Shown here one piece after another: positions 30,021 to 39,932 of a stretch of 64,000 nt of DNA. The notes below the pieces were generated by a model. It saw nothing but the letters and a program-made list of their open reading frames with translations, made no database searches and was not told the DNA's origin. This stretch comes from a virus, in the IMG/VR virus record IMGVR_UViG_3300036781_000230, positions 15,072 through 79,071 of that record. One strand, written 5' to 3'. The stretch's first letter is position 1; the number at the start of each line of letters is the position of its first letter. Position numbers and translations under genes: made by a program.

Positions 30021-30518
30021 CTAGAATAAACTCAATTGTGTTTCTGATACAGGCAAAACTATTTTTGTTTGTGTGATTACCTCTGGCTTATTTATTTTAG
30101 GAGTTAGATGTATTCTTCCTCCCATCTTAATTTCAGTTTTTACATTTTCTTTATATAGCGGTAATCCTTCAGATTCTGTCTTAGAGAATCTTATAATTCC
30201 CTCTTCTAGATCACCTACTTCCATTACAAATCGATACAGCATGCACAAACTTATAGCAGCCCAGTGTCCACTTCCTCGATGAAACACTTGAATCAAAGAA
30301 GTATGAATCGCGGCGGACATAGCTATATCTAAATCTATGACACTTAAAGTTTTAGTAGGTACAGCAGCTACTAATCCTTTTTCAGTAATAGCCCGAATTT
30401 CTTCTGATAATTTCTTTAGTGGCTCATTATACTTAGCTTCGTGATAGAAATCAGGATCGAGATTTCTAGCTGCATAGCAATCATTAAAGACGTCATACAT
30501 TTTCAAGTTTGTTGACAT
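30021..30518 (-). CDS. Hypothetical protein
   Basis: Colinear ORF, 165 aa. Confidence 0.6.
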   Translation of the reverse strand: MSTNLKMYDVFNDCYAARNLDPDFYHEAKYNEPLKKLSEEIRAITEKGLVAAVPTKTLSVIDLDIAMSAAIHTSLIQVFHRGSGHWAAISLCMLYRFVMEVGDLEEGIIRFSKTESEGLPLYKENVKTEIKMGGRIHLTPKINKPEVITQTKIVLPVSETQLSLF

Positions 30519-30954
30519 CGGGACATCTCCTCAAAAAATCATTAAGATAGTCTTCGTACCATTTTGATTTAGCATGATCCTGAGTTCTTTCATACTGATT
30601 TTTCTTTCCTGCCCTAGCTGTATACTTGATTATATTTCCTTTTAGGAAACCAATGAGTTCATCTCTTGATAGCCAAACCTCAAGAACCTTAATGACCTCA
30701 TAAGGGTTGTCTCCACCATAGTGAGAAGGATGGTTTACTTTATCTATGATTGGCTCTACTGGAGTATTTTCTATCATATAATTCCATCCTCTAGGTAATT
30801 CTTCATTAGCGAACCTAATCACAGAGTCTTGATTAGCATCTCCGAGTAAGATAAGCAGTTCTCTTTTTATATTATCTACTTTAGAAGTTAATCCACTTCC
30901 TCTAAAATTACAAAATAAAGTATGAGTAAAGTGTTCAATATTAGAATAAGCCAT
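30493..30954 (-). CDS. DUF3310-like domain protein
   Basis: VNHPSHY, GFLKGNIIKY..RAGKK, D..K..WY motifs. Confidence 0.8.
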   Translation of the reverse strand: MAYSNIEHFTHTLFCNFRGSGLTSKVDNIKRELLILLGDANQDSVIRFANEELPRGWNYMIENTPVEPIIDKVNHPSHYGGDNPYEVIKVLEVWLSRDELIGFLKGNIIKYTARAGKKNQYERTQDHAKSKWYEDYLNDFLRRCPDVNKLENV

Positions 30955-31115
30955 TATTCCTCCTTATTATTAGATGGGCACTTTTTATTGTAGCAATCTC
31001 CATCACACCCTAAGGGATCGCCGCACTCATCGCAAGTATACCCATCAGCATCTCCAAAATGCTCTTCTATATCGGCTCCCGTTACTCCAGGAGGATAATT
31101 AGATAGATTGCTCAT
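30954..31115 (-). CDS. Small Cys-rich protein (not in ORF track)
   Basis: MSNLSNYPPGVTG...CDECG...C...C; TAATG coupling at both ends. Confidence 0.6.
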   Translation of the reverse strand: MSNLSNYPPGVTGADIEEHFGDADGYTCDECGDPLGCDGDCYNKKCPSNNKEE

Positions 31116-31864
31116 TATCTTCCTTTCGATATATTCTCGACCTGCCGTGATTCAGGTATAATATCATTATATAATACGGGAATCAGAGTTTGAAATTCTT
31201 TTAACAACGGAATTGTAATCTGTCTCATTTGCGGGTGAGCTTCTTTTGTGGTGCGCATTAACAAGAAGTGTCTCCACGAACGAAGATTCATAGTGACTAA
31301 AATCTTAGAAGCAAGAGCATTGGGAAATACACTCCGTGCTTCTTGAGGACGCCACCCTTTAGCTAAAAGTTCTTTATACGATTTTTCTGATTCTAGTATA
31401 GACTTAACCCAGAATGGATCGTATAGACAAGTAGTTCCGTTATGTTCTGAGGTATTTTCACAGTAGTGTAAACAGACGTTATCATTTTCTAAACGCGGCT
31501 CACTGTCTCCTTCTAAGCAATAAAAACACTCAATATCAGGAATCGGATAAATGAAAGAAGGAGGCATCTTCTTTACATAATTCACAAAACGAGTAGACTC
31601 CTGAGTGTAAGACGCTATTCGATGCCTGACTATTTCATGAGTAATTCCACGGTCTACTAACATCTCAACAGATACTGATACGTGCTCGACTACAGACCAA
31701 TCACCGTGGTTCAAAACGACCGCTGTAAGAAATCGTTCAGATGATCCTTCTTTCATATCATCTTCTGATCGATGAGAAATACGAGCAGCATACTCGATTT
31801 TCTTTATACAATCTTCCATATAATCATTGGTAAGAATTTTAGCGTACGGTTTTACTATTTTCAT
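31115..31864 (-). CDS. thyX: Flavin-dependent thymidylate synthase
   Basis: SVVEH, RHRIASYTQESTR, EARSVFP, NLRSWRHF motifs. Confidence 0.93.
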   Translation of the reverse strand: MKIVKPYAKILTNDYMEDCIKKIEYAARISHRSEDDMKEGSSERFLTAVVLNHGDWSVVEHVSVSVEMLVDRGITHEIVRHRIASYTQESTRFVNYVKKMPPSFIYPIPDIECFYCLEGDSEPRLENDNVCLHYCENTSEHNGTTCLYDPFWVKSILESEKSYKELLAKGWRPQEARSVFPNALASKILVTMNLRSWRHFLLMRTTKEAHPQMRQITIPLLKEFQTLIPVLYNDIIPESRQVENISKGR

Positions 31865-32030
31865 TTAGTTTCTACCTTTATTAGTCCTTCAAGAACTATT
31901 TTCTTCCAAGCCTCTTCTATTTCAAATTGAATATCTTCATCAATACGGCTCCACTCATGCTTGAGGCCTCTTCTGTCTTTAAGGTCTCTAAGAATAGCTG
32001 CTACTATACTATCTGCTATTTTAGAATTGT

Positions 32031-32741
32031 TCATCCAATTACCCTCGTTTTGAATGGAAAATTCTCTTTCTCAATCTTATGTTTCTTGATAGAACGCACC
32101 CACATCTTAGTCGTGGCATCCCAACGGAATCGCTTCTCTTTAGCTTTTTCACGGTCATCATAAGACACTAGAGCCTGAAGCACGATGGTCGGCTGTTGAG
32201 CGGAGTATAGAATCTCATCAATCTTATAGTTTTCAAGAACTTTAAGCATCGTCAGAACGTCGAATACTGCACGATGGGCGAACGGATTAAGGAACCCATG
32301 TTCCGCTGCAAGATATGTAAGTTTACGGCTTCGAATCTCTTCTGGATAGTCGATGTCATTCTGAGTATCAATCCAAGGTTTATCATCTCGTTGATCCCCA
32401 AGATCTGTTGCTGTTACCTTCTTGCACCATTCTCGATAAAACTTACGATCGAAGAGTTCTCCATTATGAGCAACTACAGCATCAGCTATATGAACCTGTT
32501 CTGATAGTCTATAGAAAGCTGTTTCTGAATCTAAACCAAATTCATTAAGATCTGCCTGTTGAATTCCAGTGATCTTAGTAATTTCTTCTGTGAGTTCAAT
32601 TCCATCATGCTTTACAAAATAGCTGTCGATTGAGATAGGTCCACGACGCTCCGTGTCCCACAGTACTACACCAACCTCTGTAACGTAATCTTCTACAGGA
32701 TCGAGACCAGTAGTCTCGAAATCTAGTCCTAAAAGACGCAT
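32031..32741 (-). CDS. DEDDh 3'-5' exonuclease (DnaQ-like)
   Basis: DFETTG, AHNG.FD, HRAVFD motifs. Confidence 0.88.
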   Translation of the reverse strand: MRLLGLDFETTGLDPVEDYVTEVGVVLWDTERRGPISIDSYFVKHDGIELTEEITKITGIQQADLNEFGLDSETAFYRLSEQVHIADAVVAHNGELFDRKFYREWCKKVTATDLGDQRDDKPWIDTQNDIDYPEEIRSRKLTYLAAEHGFLNPFAHRAVFDVLTMLKVLENYKIDEILYSAQQPTIVLQALVSYDDREKAKEKRFRWDATTKMWVRSIKKHKIEKENFPFKTRVIG

Positions 32742-32762
32742 TTGTTACTCCGTTTCGGTCAT

Positions 32763-32859
32763 CCCAGGTTAATAATGCAAATAATTAATGAGTATACCTA
32801 TTATAATTGTACGCATATTTTACCTGATTAACCCAGGTTACTCTAGGATACACTCAGGA
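32763..32859. repeat. Dispersed element copy D
   Basis: ATGCAA 32775-32780, N30, ACGCAT 32811-32816, then CCTGA/CCAGG/CTAGG/CTCAGG at 10-bp steps. Confidence 0.75.
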
Positions 32860-32869
32860 TAATGAGTTT

Positions 32870-33058
32870 TCATTTATCTATTGAATTTAACAACACTTTA
32901 CCTAACTTATCACGTAATTCAATAGGTAGTTTACTGATTTCTACTGATACTCCTTTAGGACAGATCGACTCTCCTACGACGGCTTCTCTGAAGGACTGTT
33001 TTTCTTCTTCAGTAAAATTATCTCGAATTTTATTCCACTTCGTATCAAGCATCAACAT
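32870..33058 (-). CDS. Hypothetical protein
   Basis: GGAG RBS; colinear. Confidence 0.5.
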   Translation of the reverse strand: MLMLDTKWNKIRDNFTEEEKQSFREAVVGESICPKGVSVEISKLPIELRDKLGKVLLNSIDK

Positions 33059-33181
33059 ATCATCTCCAATTTACGGTAAGGGGGAGCAGTCCCAGATGTT
33101 GCCCTGCTCCCTTTTCCTCTCCGTTCCCGATGCGCATTATGCTAGTAATCGGGTTCTTATGAGTGAGTCCACTCATAAACT

Positions 33182-34672
33182 TTAAATTTCACTTTCCTCG
33201 TGATCAAACACTGCATCACTAAATTCTTCTTCTTGTCTATTGACTAGCTTAGCTGGAATAGACCAGGCTCTGACAACCTTACCTTTGATTTTGATCATGT
33301 CATAGTTACACTGACGTCGGTGAAGAATAGAAAAAAGATCTTTGTTGTCGATCATTACTTTCTGAGAAGCTAAGTACTTTTGAAGATAAGATACTTGGAA
33401 CAATATCTTTTCTTTCTCAACTATTGGCATACCTCGTAAAAGGTCTTCTCTACTCTTTGTTCTCTCACTTAAGCAAAGAAAATCATCTATCTTAGCACTG
33501 ATTGCTCCATATTCTGAAGCGTCATCAGGAGCTTGAATTTCAATCTTAGAAGCCAGTAATTCTCTCAATTTCTGTTCCCATTGAGCTTGTTTCATTGGTC
33601 TGATAACAGCATCATGAATTTCAAAAACTCTTTTACGGAGTTTGTCGTATCCTCTTAATTGATCCGAACTAAGATGTAAATCTATACTATTTACTTCGAG
33701 AATATACGTAGGAGGATCAGTGAGAATTTTTCTAAGATTTCCTACTACGATTTCATCAAAATTATTGTCGTCTTCCCAGGGTTTGTTACCTATTCCATAG
33801 GGTAAAGTGAGACACGTTTTTCGATCACAGTGAGAGCACAGCGGTTCCTCATCACACTTGTATTGATACTGTCGATCCCCGATCGATTTAATGAGAGCTT
33901 CCACTTCACGAGAACCAAGAGGAGGGCTAACGTAGTTTTGATTATGATAACGAAGCTTATCTGCCCATCCGTTGGGCGAAGATTTTCGATAGAAAACTCC
34001 GTAACTAAATAATCCGACGTTTCTTGTTCCTGGGGGTAATCCTTGTTCTGTAAGAGTCTTGAGACAAGGTGGCATAGAATCAATCTGAATGAGGTTTTCA
34101 TTGACGTTTTCATCTATTTTTTCCTCTCCAGTGAAATACCTAATTGATGAAAGAAATTCTCCGATTTCGATGGAACCTCTATCATTAACACAGTATCTGA
34201 CTGTATTTTCTCCATTAAAATATGGAAGATTGATCCAGTTGCCAATATTGTTAGAGGTCGATTTCGTCTGCTTAGGAAATATCTCAGTCTTAGAAGGAAA
34301 CCCCAGAAGCCCAGCCCACTTTTTGAGAATAGTTTGGACGGATACAGCAGGATGAGGCTCCTTAAAGAAGAGATATAAATGAGCTCCACCCGATTTACTT
34401 CTACACACCGACAACGGGAGATTTCTTGTGCGAACACGAGCATATAAATCCTTATGATCGATGGTATCGATGTCAATATCGATAGCACCAAAGTAGCATT
34501 TTCCTTCTTCATTTACAGGAACAATTCCTAAACCAAGGGTTCCATCTAGATGTTTTTTATAGTCTTCTTCAGTTGCGGGCGATAGAGTAGTAGCCATGTT
34601 ACCGGTCGCCTTTTCCCAGGTACCGTGTGCTAGGCTGCTCCCGCGAAACAGTTTACTAAACTCACTCAACAC
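33182..34672 (-). CDS. Archaeo-eukaryotic-type primase with PriCT-like domain
   Basis: IDID, RSKSGGAH, EIFPKQ, INLPY, PPC, GTRN motifs. Confidence 0.85.
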   Translation of the reverse strand: MLSEFSKLFRGSSLAHGTWEKATGNMATTLSPATEEDYKKHLDGTLGLGIVPVNEEGKCYFGAIDIDIDTIDHKDLYARVRTRNLPLSVCRSKSGGAHLYLFFKEPHPAVSVQTILKKWAGLLGFPSKTEIFPKQTKSTSNNIGNWINLPYFNGENTVRYCVNDRGSIEIGEFLSSIRYFTGEEKIDENVNENLIQIDSMPPCLKTLTEQGLPPGTRNVGLFSYGVFYRKSSPNGWADKLRYHNQNYVSPPLGSREVEALIKSIGDRQYQYKCDEEPLCSHCDRKTCLTLPYGIGNKPWEDDNNFDEIVVGNLRKILTDPPTYILEVNSIDLHLSSDQLRGYDKLRKRVFEIHDAVIRPMKQAQWEQKLRELLASKIEIQAPDDASEYGAISAKIDDFLCLSERTKSREDLLRGMPIVEKEKILFQVSYLQKYLASQKVMIDNKDLFSILHRRQCNYDMIKIKGKVVRAWSIPAKLVNRQEEEFSDAVFDHEESEI

Positions 34673-34702
34673 TTTAAAGGGCCTCTAGCTAAAAACAAGT
34701 AT

Positions 34703-34735
34703 GGTAAGCGGGTCTCTGTCAAAGACCCGCTTGCT
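34703..34735 (-). terminator. Hairpin terminator after SSB-like gene
   Basis: GGTAAGCGGGTCT/AGACCCGCTTGCT stem with T-rich tail on - strand. Confidence 0.55.
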
Positions 34736-34750
34736 GTGAGTGGTTAAAGT

Positions 34751-35560
34751 TTAGAGTTCAGTTTCTGAGTTATTTCCGTGGTCGAAAGAAGCGTCTCCCT
34801 CTTCTTCACCAGTCGTATCAACCTTGATGTTAGCTGCCTTAAGGGCTTCAAAATTGCTCTTCATCGATTCAAAGAGTTCTGGCTCTACGAAGCCACCTGG
34901 AATGACTTTCTTTTCAAACCACTCATTGTCACCCGATCGCATATCTACAACTGTGACTTTCCAGTACTTTGCGTACATCGGAAGCCGAGTCATGCGAACC
35001 CCAGACAAGAGTTGTTTAGATAGTTTAAGCCCAGTTGACTTATAGCTAATAGCTATTGGACTGTTTTCCTTTGGGATGAATGCCATGAAGTTATGATACA
35101 AAGTACATAGAGGGGCATCGTTTCCATGCTCATCATCTTTCTCGCCATTTCCCCAGGTGCTAAACTTGCAAATACTGCAACCATCTGGAGAAATTCGTCC
35201 TCCATCAATTCCATTTGCAGAGATACAGTCAATTCCACCACCATCGTCGATGTCGATGTACTTGATTCTGTTTTTGAAGAAAAACAAGGAAACGATGGTA
35301 ATCTCTTTTCCATAGATTTCTTGAGTCACCGTATTGAATAAATCTCCCTCATTGAGGCCCTCAATATAGGCAGCGTGACTCTTACGCTTCTGTGGAGAAA
35401 GAGCTTGACACAAGCCAAGACGAGGGATAAGAATATCTCCCTGCTCTACATTTTCCATGCCTTCTTGATGACCAATTTGAGAACGAAGCCACTCAGGAAT
35501 TTCTTCCTTCGTAGACAGGGCCGAATTACCTGCTGGTATGATATCTTTATTCTTGCTCAA
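34751..35560 (-). CDS. Putative ssDNA-binding/annealing protein
   Basis: IPRL.L.QALSP motif, acidic C-terminal tail, replication context. Confidence 0.6.
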   Translation of the reverse strand: MSKNKDIIPAGNSALSTKEEIPEWLRSQIGHQEGMENVEQGDILIPRLGLCQALSPQKRKSHAAYIEGLNEGDLFNTVTQEIYGKEITIVSLFFFKNRIKYIDIDDGGGIDCISANGIDGGRISPDGCSICKFSTWGNGEKDDEHGNDAPLCTLYHNFMAFIPKENSPIAISYKSTGLKLSKQLLSGVRMTRLPMYAKYWKVTVVDMRSGDNEWFEKKVIPGGFVEPELFESMKSNFEALKAANIKVDTTGEEEGDASFDHGNNSETEL

Positions 35561-36068
35561 GGTTTTTCACTCCTCTTACTTGGATGCTCTGTTTGAAGTA
35601 CACGTCAATTCCCGGAGGAATAGGATCGCCATCGATGAGATTCGTCTTAGTCATCGAAGACATTGTCTGGTAGTTGACAGAGAATAGATCTTCTTGCCCT
35701 GTGCTCCGAATCCAACTATGGAATTTCGGTTTATCTTTCACAGTGCAATAAACATCATCCTTAATGGTCAAAGAAATGTTATTGCTTAACTTCAAGCTTG
35801 TATAACTCTCTGATTCCATTCTTTCGACCAACATCTGATCAAGAGCAGCAATGATGAGATTCTCTTCTTTCACCAGACTTTCAAGTCGAGCCTTTTCAAT
35901 TCTCGACTCTACCATTAGAGCACCAAGATTGGAAGTGGTTACCTTTTTCTCCTGGTCTTGGAGAATCTTGATAATTTCTTCTTTCTTAGAATTTACCCTA
36001 TCCTGGTATTCCGGCTCGCCTGAGAAACTCGTCAGCTGCCCTTTAAGGTGGCTATACTTTCCTGGCAC
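35547..36068 (-). CDS. Conserved replication-module protein
   Basis: GTG 36068 with AAAGGA RBS; W.R..G.EDL...PPGI motif. Confidence 0.6.
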   Translation of the reverse strand: MPGKYSHLKGQLTSFSGEPEYQDRVNSKKEEIIKILQDQEKKVTTSNLGALMVESRIEKARLESLVKEENLIIAALDQMLVERMESESYTSLKLSNNISLTIKDDVYCTVKDKPKFHSWIRSTGQEDLFSVNYQTMSSMTKTNLIDGDPIPPGIDVYFKQSIQVRGVKNLEQE

Positions 36069-36345
36069 AGTTTTCCTTTCTATTCTTCCGTGGACATTCA
36101 AAATCATCCAACGTTGTCAACGGAACTTTATATTTCGTGGTGTGCCCACACGAACATTTAACCACAGTATACTGAGCAGTCATTTTCTTATTGATTGATT
36201 TCGGTCGATTTTCCCACCATACCGGTCGATGCCCAGAAGATCTCAGTTGTTTCAACTCAATGAGTACTGATAGATATTCTTCAGTTTTTTCAATGAGTTT
36301 ATTGAGGTCGTCACCACTCACATTTTTGTTAAAATGGGATGTCAT
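36052..36345 (-). CDS. Small Zn-binding hypothetical protein
   Basis: CSCGH...CP..C motifs. Confidence 0.5.
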   Translation of the reverse strand: MTSHFNKNVSGDDLNKLIEKTEEYLSVLIELKQLRSSGHRPVWWENRPKSINKKMTAQYTVVKCSCGHTTKYKVPLTTLDDFECPRKNRKENCARKV

Positions 36346-37840
36346 CAGCTTCCTCCTGCATTATTTCTGCTACCCACTTTGAACATGTCCAATTAGCCAT
36401 GTTTTCGTGATCTTTAAGAGCTTTCAGGATGATTCCACTCATCGTTCTCTCTCGATTGGGACCAACCACTACGTAATTCTGAAATAACATACTATTCTTC
36501 TGACCAGGTCTATCTACTCGATCATTACTCTGAGAATAAGTTAGATAAGAATGATCATAGGATAAGCGATCGACGTTAGAGCATTTAGTGAAGTTAAGAC
36601 CAAACCTTCCCGCCTGAGGCTGACCGATAAGGAGAGCTTGCCCTGGCGGATCAGGAGCGTCTGGATGGAAGAGAGACTTAGCTTCTTCTCGATCAGTTTT
36701 GGATAATCCTCCTTGGAGCACACGTACCAGTAATTTAGGAAATCGTTCCCTTGCTCGTCTCTCAAGACGAGCAATTTCTGGTCGAAATCTACACCAGACA
36801 ATGAGCTTATAATGTTCGTCATTCTCGAGTCTAAACCCGAGATGATCCAAGAAGTGATTGGTGAGCTCGGAACCAATTTCGACTGTGTCTGTTTCTGAAT
36901 TCTCGTCATTTGTTACTCCTCCCAGGAAACCTGAGCAAATTTGAGCTAATCTCAGTGCTTTTACCGGAGCAGCAGATACTATAGATGCTCCTTCATTTTC
37001 TCCAATATATGCTACGAATTCTTCTCTCATCTGAACGTATTTAGCCCAAGAATGAGCAGATAGTTTAACTTCTCTAAGAGGAGCATCGAGTCTCTCAGGA
37101 AGATCAAGGCAATCTTTTTTCAATCTCCTAAGAGCATACGGTTTTATCTTATTTTGAATTTCTTCAAGATTATAAAATCCGATGACTTGCTTATTCATAT
37201 AGCCACCCATCTGAGCGTGACGATTACGAAAAGCATAGAAATTCTTAAATCCTAAAATTGAAGGACTTAGGAATTGAAATTGAGAAAATAAATTGAGAGG
37301 AGATTGTCCTACAGGTGTACCATTCAGTATTGATCTTCGTAATACTTTGGGAGCTATAGTAAGAACTCCCTTGGTTTGTGAAGCTTTTGGATTGGAGATG
37401 GTTGAAGATTCATCTACTACAGCCCAAACTTTTCTATTCTTCAAGAGATTGAGTAATCTCTTGACGTGATCCATGTTTCTTAGAAGTTCAACTGAGGTCA
37501 CTATCCAAAGAAGACCTTTACTTACAGGTGGAATCTCTACAGACTTACTTGTATATTCGTGAATGATACCTTTTTTCCAAGCATGCTCGATGATTTGAGA
37601 AAACTGAGGATGCACCCACACATCCTTTACTTGAGCTGGGCAAATGATAAGAACTACATCTATCTGATTATCCTCAAATAAGAAACACCCAGTATCGATA
37701 ATCTGCTTTGTCTTACCGGCTCCCATCTCATCCAATAAGGCAAAATACTTATTCTGTATAAGTTTCTTTACTCCATCTATTTGATGATCAAAAGGAGGGT
37801 ACTTGCATCGAGACCAATCGAGATTATCTAGATCAATCAT
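36329..37840 (-). CDS. SNF2-family SF2 helicase
   Basis: EMGAGKT, DESS, NGTP, GLNF, QSNDRVDRPGQ motifs. Confidence 0.9.
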   Translation of the reverse strand: MIDLDNLDWSRCKYPPFDHQIDGVKKLIQNKYFALLDEMGAGKTKQIIDTGCFLFEDNQIDVVLIICPAQVKDVWVHPQFSQIIEHAWKKGIIHEYTSKSVEIPPVSKGLLWIVTSVELLRNMDHVKRLLNLLKNRKVWAVVDESSTISNPKASQTKGVLTIAPKVLRRSILNGTPVGQSPLNLFSQFQFLSPSILGFKNFYAFRNRHAQMGGYMNKQVIGFYNLEEIQNKIKPYALRRLKKDCLDLPERLDAPLREVKLSAHSWAKYVQMREEFVAYIGENEGASIVSAAPVKALRLAQICSGFLGGVTNDENSETDTVEIGSELTNHFLDHLGFRLENDEHYKLIVWCRFRPEIARLERRARERFPKLLVRVLQGGLSKTDREEAKSLFHPDAPDPPGQALLIGQPQAGRFGLNFTKCSNVDRLSYDHSYLTYSQSNDRVDRPGQKNSMLFQNYVVVGPNRERTMSGIILKALKDHENMANWTCSKWVAEIMQEEADDIPF

Positions 37841-38301
37841 CAGAATCCCTCCTTAGTCGGCCAAAAATAAGGTAAATCTACACTTTCATCTGGCCAAAAT
37901 TTTCGATAGTGAATCGGTTGCTTCCTAACTAAATTAGAACGATGAGATTTGTGAAATGCTTCAAATCCCCACCACTTAGGACGAGATTGAGAATCTGTGT
38001 CATACTTTGGAATGATAATAGAATTCGTGAATCCGCGATACTCCCATTCTCCAACTGCGCATGCCATGTATAGTTTAAGCCATTCTTCATGACTTTTCCA
38101 CATTAGGACAGCAGGATGTCTATGCCATTGACTTAAAGTTCTATCGAATGGCGCTGCTGATTGTAAACTTTTTGGGAGAATTGGCTTATCTAGAAGAATT
38201 TCTAGTATTTGAGCAGCCTCAACCCTTTGTTTACCAAGACGAGCGTTATCTAAGTACTCCATTGACTTCACAAATGATATATCAGGCAGGAATGTCTGCA
38301 C
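37840..38301 (-). CDS. Pyrimidine-dimer DNA glycosylase-like protein (MSMEG_6728 family)
   Basis: MQTFLP, LD..RLGKQRVE, HPAVLMW, HKSHRSNL, YFWP motifs. Confidence 0.85.
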   Translation of the reverse strand: MQTFLPDISFVKSMEYLDNARLGKQRVEAAQILEILLDKPILPKSLQSAAPFDRTLSQWHRHPAVLMWKSHEEWLKLYMACAVGEWEYRGFTNSIIIPKYDTDSQSRPKWWGFEAFHKSHRSNLVRKQPIHYRKFWPDESVDLPYFWPTKEGF

Positions 38302-38518
38302 TCTGGTCGTCCTCTGGTTCTATAGATTCGATACTCCAAATGCTTTCCATCTTTTCATCGAGTGCTTCTGAGATTTTTAAAGCTGTACGAAGTGTTACGT
38401 TCTTACCGCTTCGAGCATTGAAAATTGTCATTCGTGGAAGTCCAGTTTTTTCTATAAGTTGATCAACGGTGATCCCTTTAGCTTCCATTATCGCATCGAT
38501 TTGTGATTCAATATTCAT
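38282..38518 (-). CDS. XRE-family HTH regulator
   Basis: ITVDQLIEKTGLPRMTI...TLRTALKISEAL. Confidence 0.8.
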   Translation of the reverse strand: MNIESQIDAIMEAKGITVDQLIEKTGLPRMTIFNARSGKNVTLRTALKISEALDEKMESIWSIESIEPEDDQSADIPA

Positions 38519-38529
38519 GGTTATCCAAT

Positions 38530-38578
38530 AAAATAATTGTATAATACATTGTACATAGTTGTAAACAACTTTTTTTCT
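38530..38578 (-). promoter_or_regulatory. Early/middle promoter for replication operon
   Basis: TTGTTTACAACT...TACAAT on - strand. Confidence 0.65.
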
Positions 38579-38611
38579 GATAGAATATCTAAGTTATTCA
38601 GAATAAATGAC

Positions 38612-38875
38612 TTAGCGTGGATCATTTTCTAACATAGTCAATCTTAGTTCGAAAATTCTACGTCTAATAGATCTTTCAGAAATGTTCAGTAATAGTGACA
38701 TTTCTCTAGCGTTGTATCCAGCAACTATCAAGAATAGAAAATTCTCCTCTAGTTTAGTTAACTTGTCCGACTGTTTACAAAAGTCTACATGGGCTATTAC
38801 CATCAAATCTAAATTAGAGGCATAGAAAGGATGATACCGGTATTTCATCTCTCTTTGAATATCTGTTATTATCAT
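38612..38875 (-). CDS. LuxR/sigma-region-4-like HTH protein
   Basis: LT..E...GYNAREMSLLLNISERSI motif. Confidence 0.7.
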   Translation of the reverse strand: MIITDIQREMKYRYHPFYASNLDLMVIAHVDFCKQSDKLTKLEENFLFLIVAGYNAREMSLLLNISERSIRRRIFELRLTMLENDPR

Positions 38876-38884
38876 TGCGCCCTC

Positions 38885-39127
38885 TTAGAAATCTGATGTA
38901 GCAGCGTACATTTCTTGATGTCTATCGGCTCGTGTTCTTATTGGCTCGACTATCGTTTCCCGTACTCCTCTAACTGTCGATGTTATTCTAAGAGTTCGTG
39001 GATGATTAAGATCTTTTAAAATAGCCCCTCTAAACTCGTGGGCTTGCTTGAATGTGGGTAACGGTTCTACGTTCCACACATCATTGAACTCATCCTTCAC
39101 AAAATAGTCTCTCCTAACTGTGGCCAT
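38885..39127 (-). CDS. Hypothetical early protein
   Basis: Colinear ORF. Confidence 0.55.
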   Translation of the reverse strand: MATVRRDYFVKDEFNDVWNVEPLPTFKQAHEFRGAILKDLNHPRTLRITSTVRGVRETIVEPIRTRADRHQEMYAATSDF

Positions 39128-39305
39128 TAGGATCTTTCCACCTGTGGTCTTCTCTTACAATTACGTCCCAATCGATAGATCTTCCAAGGTCTATACCTTT
39201 TGATCTGGCCTCTTCTTGAATGGCTATATTGATAGCCGTAACAAGAGTTCTCTCAGTGAACTCACTTGGAAGAACTATTGTAGCGTTAAAGCTTTTTCTG
39301 TACAT
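39114..39305 (-). CDS. Hypothetical early protein
   Basis: AAAGGA RBS; colinear. Confidence 0.55.
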   Translation of the reverse strand: MYRKSFNATIVLPSEFTERTLVTAINIAIQEEARSKGIDLGRSIDWDVIVREDHRWKDPNGHS

Positions 39306-39321
39306 TCTTTATCCTTTCAGT

Positions 39322-39378
39322 TTAATTTATGCAAAATTTTCATGATAATTCTATCACTCTAATATTGCACATCATTAT
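39322..39378. repeat. Dispersed element copy E (core only)
   Basis: ATGCAA 39329-39334, N30, TTGCAC 39365-39370. Confidence 0.65.
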
Positions 39379-39663
39379 TTAAGCTCCGCCCTTACGTATA
39401 CTGCGTTCCTCAGGTGGTTCAGGTGGTTGTTCTTTTGATTGAACTATATCAAAACTACCTGTAGACATCCATCTTGTAAAGGCTACAGCGGCACACGTTT
39501 CACTGCACGCATCTTTTATAGGATTTTTAGTGTCATCAGCTACAAATAGTTCAGCAGCGCATGCTCCGAATCTTTTATTTCTTATCCAGAATTTCCACCA
39601 ATGATTCGTTGTCTCCTTTTTCTTGCTACAAATATCACATGTTACCTGCATAGTAGTAGCCAT
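39379..39663 (-). CDS. Zn-finger hypothetical protein
   Basis: CDIC...DACSETC motifs. Confidence 0.6.
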   Translation of the reverse strand: MATTMQVTCDICSKKKETTNHWWKFWIRNKRFGACAAELFVADDTKNPIKDACSETCAAVAFTRWMSTGSFDIVQSKEQPPEPPEERSIRKGGA

Positions 39664-39665
39664 AA

Positions 39666-39932
39666 CTAAACTCCCAAGAATTCTTTGAGGTTATTCTTCT
39701 GTTTACTTACCACGATTTCTTTCCACTGCTTCATCAGTGTGTCAATAACGCTCGCTTTCGACACCGAGGATTTGCAGCTAGTGACAACTTGACGATTACT
39801 ACCATTTCCTACCTGATAGCGATGAACTGCGGCATACCAACACTGCTTATCACTAAGCCAAGCTAATTGAATACCAGGAGCATGAGCGTCTCCCTCATAA
39901 AACTCAGTAAGAGATTTCAGAAAAAGATCCAA
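39666..39932 (-). CDS. Hypothetical early protein
   Basis: Colinear ORF. Confidence 0.55.
   Translation of the reverse strand: MDLFLKSLTEFYEGDAHAPGIQLAWLSDKQCWYAAVHRYQVGNGSNRQVVTSCKSSVSKASVIDTLMKQWKEIVVSKQKNNLKEFLGV

Noticed and set aside
39114-39305. Additional terminase nuclease mimic (GIDLGRSIDWDVIV)
   Set aside because: Resembles a generic terminase nuclease motif but is too short and does not match this phage's TerL.
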